DNA of 17,765 bases from an uncultured Eubacteriales bacterium (GTDB lineage Bacteria > Bacillota > Clostridia > TANB77 > RGIG9151), in assembly GCA_964631135.1 (NCBI GenBank), contig CAZVVZ010000012.1, forward strand, positions 1 to 17,765, read 5' to 3'. Below are positions 15,830 through 17,765 of the stretch, in pieces. The notes beneath the pieces are model-generated. The model saw nothing but the letters and a program-made list of their open reading frames with translations. It was not told the DNA's origin and made no database searches. The first letter of the stretch is position 1. Every line of letters starts with the position of its first letter. The position numbers and the translations under genes were made by a program.

Positions 15830-15903
15830 TGGAGCAGATGAGGGGAATCGGACCCCCACCGTAAGCTTGGGAAGCTCAAGTTCTACCACTAAACTACATC
15901 TGC
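15830..15903 (-). tRNA. tRNA-Gly (anticodon CCC), CCA encoded
   Basis: The reverse complement is GCAGATGTAGTTTAGTGGTAGAACTTGAGCTTCCCAAGCTTACGGTGGGGGTCCGATTCCCCTCATCTGCTCCA. It folds as a cloverleaf: 7-bp acceptor GCAGATG/CATCTGC, D-arm GTTT-AGTGGTA-GAAC, anticodon arm TGAGC-TTCCCAA-GCTTA, 4-nt variable loop, T-arm GGGGG-TCCGATT-CCCCT, discriminator U and CCA. Confidence 0.85.
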
Positions 15904-15909
15904 ATTTCA

Positions 15910-15943
15910 CAACTATTATTATATATCTTAAAAATAATAGTTG
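15910..15943. repeat. Mini-hairpin resembling abutted terminal repeats of the element family
   Basis: CAACTATTATT (15910-15920) and AATAATAGTTG (15933-15943) form a perfect 11-bp inverted repeat. ACTATTATTATAT (15912-15924) is identical to 12763-12775 inside the copy c terminal repeat. Confidence 0.45.
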
Positions 15944-15953
15944 CAAGTATTTT

Positions 15954-16937
15954 TTAAACTGTCACTTCATTTAAAATTTTGCCATTTTCAAAAAATTCCT
16001 TGATATTGCCTACTGTTGTTTTAGCGATATTATCTAATGCTTCTTCTGTTAAAAAGGCTTGATGCGACGTTATCAGCACATTCGGCATAGAAATAAGCCT
16101 TGCTAAAACGTCATCTTGTACGATATGTCCTGAATAATCCTTGAAGAAAACATCATTCTCATCCTCATAAACATCAAGACATGCTGCACCTATTTTCTTC
16201 TCTTTTATTCCTTCCAATAAGTCTTCCGCATCTATTAACTTACCACGTGAAGTATTTAATATATATACACCTTTTTTCATTTTAGAAATCGAATCCTTGT
16301 TGATTAAATGTACATTATCTTTTGTTAAAGGGCAATGTAGCGAAATAACGTCGCTTTTTTCAAAAATTTCATCTAGTGTAACATAATTTATATCCGATGA
16401 AGTATCCGGATAAACGTCATATGCAATTACATTCATTCCAAAGCCCTTACATATATTTATAAATATCTTGCCTATCTTTCCCGTTCCGATAATTCCAATC
16501 GTTTTCCCGTGCAAATCAAACCCGGTAAAACCATTTAAACTAAAGTTAAACTCTCTGGTTCTGTTATATGCCTTATGAATACGTCTTAACGACGTAAGAA
16601 GTAATGCCATAGTATGCTCGGCTACCGCATAAGGAGAATATGCCGGAACTCTTACAACAGGTATCCTACCCTTTGCATATTCCAAATTCACATTATTAAA
16701 GCCCGCACACCTTAATGCAATTAGTTTTACACCATTTTCAATAAGCTGGTCTATTACTTTATCGTCAAGTGTATCATTAACAAAAGCCACTACCGCATCA
16801 AACCCTTTTGCTAATTTTACCGTATCTTCAGTAAGCTTTGTATCAAAGAATTTAATTTCAATATTATTTTCCTTTGAATATCGTTCAAAACTTGGCCTGT
16901 CATACTCTTTTGTATCAAAAAATGCTGCTTTTATCAT
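15954..16937 (-). CDS. ldhA: D-lactate dehydrogenase (D-isomer-specific 2-hydroxyacid dehydrogenase, LdhA type)
   Basis: Colinear with my recollection of E. coli LdhA: ALRCAGFNNV, VVRVPAYSPYAVAEHTMALLL, RTREFNFSLNGFTGFDLHGKTIGIIGTGKIG, DVISLHCPLT, NTSRG.LID, LDVYE.E...FF, TSHQAFLT. The start is either the ATG at 16937 or the one at 16946. I prefer 16937 from the RBS spacing and N-terminal alignment. Confidence 0.9.
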   Translation of the reverse strand: MIKAAFFDTKEYDRPSFERYSKENNIEIKFFDTKLTEDTVKLAKGFDAVVAFVNDTLDDKVIDQLIENGVKLIALRCAGFNNVNLEYAKGRIPVVRVPAYSPYAVAEHTMALLLTSLRRIHKAYNRTREFNFSLNGFTGFDLHGKTIGIIGTGKIGKIFINICKGFGMNVIAYDVYPDTSSDINYVTLDEIFEKSDVISLHCPLTKDNVHLINKDSISKMKKGVYILNTSRGKLIDAEDLLEGIKEKKIGAACLDVYEDENDVFFKDYSGHIVQDDVLARLISMPNVLITSHQAFLTEEALDNIAKTTVGNIKEFFENGKILNEVTV

Positions 16938-17024
16938 ATTTTTCATTTCCTTTCTCTAGACAATATTATTTTTCGCCAAATATTCATTGTAAACTGCCAT
17001 TAGAGTATTATTTACTCCGTGACA

Positions 17025-17053
17025 ATTATATACAAAACATTTCATTTTTTCAA
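17025..17053 (-). promoter_or_regulatory. Sigma-A promoter for ldhA
   Basis: The minus strand reads TTGAAA (17048-17053), a 17-nt spacer, then TATAAT (17025-17030). Confidence 0.5.
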
Positions 17054-17060
17054 TAAGAAT

Positions 17061-17165
17061 TACTGTCTAGGTAATTTGTGCAGAAATTTTGTTTCCACCA
17101 TTATATTATTTCATATAGTCTGATTAGTAACCAAAATGTTGCTGTTCAGACTATATAAAAATTTC
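17061..17165 (+). repeat. Degenerate right half (d) of the element, then a 22-nt spacer, then a solo left end
   Basis: 17078-17123 (TGCAGAAATTTTGTTTCC...ATTTCATATAGTCTGA) parallels the copy c right arm (TGCAAATATTCGTTCC...ATTTTCATAT..AGTCTGA). ATATAGTCTGA (17113-17123) and TCAGACTATAT (17146-17156) form an 11-bp inverted repeat. TCAGACTATATAAAAAT resembles the start of the copy c left arm. Confidence 0.55.
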
Positions 17166-17175
17166 TAAAGAACCC

Positions 17176-17208
17176 TTGACTTAAAGTTAACTCTAAGTAT
17201 TATATAAT
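17176..17208 (+). promoter_or_regulatory. Promoter of the flavodoxin gene, with a 20-bp dyad operator in an over-long spacer (MerR/SoxR-like architecture)
   Basis: TTGACT (17176-17181) is followed by TATATA after 19 nt or TATAAT (17203-17208) after 21 nt. The dyad ACTTAAAGTTAACTCTAAGT (17179-17198) is palindromic at 9 of 10 pairs around a central GTTAAC. Confidence 0.45.
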
Positions 17209-17273
17209 AGATGGGATGAAAAAAGATTTTATAGGAAATTAAAAAAACAATTTTTAAAAGGAATGAGGTAAAG

Positions 17274-17765
17274 ATGCAAAATAACAAAAAAATAATAGTG
17301 TATTTTTCATATACGGGAAATACAAGAAAAATAGCAGAGAAAATAAAAGAAAGTTTAAAGTGCGATATGTTAGAGATACAAACAGTAAAACCATACTCTA
17401 CAGATTATCAGACAGTTGTAGATGAAGAACAGAACAATGAAAGCAGTAAAAAGGCCCCAGAAATTAAAGACATAAACATAGATTTAAATATCTATAACGA
17501 AATTATAATTGGGACACCGGTATGGTGGTATACAATTGCACCAGCAATCAGGACATTTTTAAAACAAAATGAATTAGCCGGAAAAACAATAATTCCATTT
17601 GCAACGAATGCAGGATGGCTCGGAAGAACATTTGAAGAAATAAAAAATTTATGTCCAAATTCAGAAGTTCAAAAAGGAATGAACATAGTTTTCAAAAGTT
17701 ATAGTAGCAAACTTGTCACACCAGAAGCAGAAATAAATAAATGGATAAATTCCATAAAAAACTAG
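17274..17765 (+). CDS. Flavodoxin family protein (Flavodoxin_4-like)
   Basis: The FMN-binding N-terminus is KIIVYFSYTGNTRKIAEKI. IIIGTPVWWYTIAPAIRTFL and IPFATNAGW are typical of short Flavodoxin_4 proteins. The RBS is GAGGTAAAG. The complete ORF ends at the TAG on the last bases of the window. Confidence 0.8.
   Translation: MQNNKKIIVYFSYTGNTRKIAEKIKESLKCDMLEIQTVKPYSTDYQTVVDEEQNNESSKKAPEIKDINIDLNIYNEIIIGTPVWWYTIAPAIRTFLKQNELAGKTIIPFATNAGWLGRTFEEIKNLCPNSEVQKGMNIVFKSYSSKLVTPEAEINKWINSIKN

Noticed and set aside
15716-15953. Whether the tRNA-Gly locus is a phage or genomic-island integration site.
   Set aside because: There is no integrase, no direct repeat of the tRNA 3' end, and both flanks are core metabolic genes (fba, ldhA).
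16947-17024. A possible Rex (redox-sensing) operator in the ldhA leader, since ldh genes are often Rex-regulated in Clostridia (a TTGTCAC half-site lies near 17019-17025).
   Set aside because: Only one weak half-site is present, and there is no TTGTnAA-N-TTnACAA dyad.
1-17165. Whether the repeated hairpin units are a degenerate CRISPR array, or a tracrRNA or guide-RNA-like locus (the inner arm begins GTTTTAT...).
   Set aside because: Copies are kilobases apart, lie on both strands, and have no repeat-spacer periodicity. No cas, tnpB or iscB gene is in the window. The resemblance is limited to a GTTTTA start.

Overview
AT-rich chromosomal segment that looks like a low-GC Firmicute (Clostridia or Tissierellia). 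It carries 15 protein genes, 14 of them on the minus strand, plus one tRNA. Almost all of the content is housekeeping. In window order: two cotranscribed SLH-domain cell-surface proteins; a thyA-folA operon that continues into a carboxyltransferase lacking a biotin domain (OadA/PycB/5S type); an orphan 109-aa protein; ftsK; rlmB; lepA; a DUF1934 (YwiB-like) protein; flgM behind a sigma-D-type promoter; comFC; class II fba; tRNA-Gly(CCC); D-lactate dehydrogenase; and a Flavodoxin_4-type flavodoxin on the plus strand. Several ORF-track starts are TTG/GTG read-throughs, so I moved them to ATGs preceded by good Shine-Dalgarno sites. There is no transposase, integrase, CRISPR array or recognisable defense gene. 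The one thing not explained by ordinary annotation is a family of modular palindromic repeats in most of the larger intergenic gaps. The best copy (12759-12905) is 147 nt, with 33-bp perfect terminal inverted repeats around a conserved bulged hairpin. There is a composite 1.5-unit copy at 7064-7280 and an opposite-strand copy cut by the window edge at 1-92. Degenerate or solo-end fragments lie at 17061-17165, 15741-15767 and 15910-15943. I read this as a REPIN/BIME/MITE-like non-autonomous element or a structured-RNA family, and I cannot place it in a known family from memory. Secondary observations are a terminator hairpin with an embedded promoter in front of the orphan ORF, a tRNA-Gly with a non-canonical T-loop, and a MerR/SoxR-style dyad in the flavodoxin promoter.
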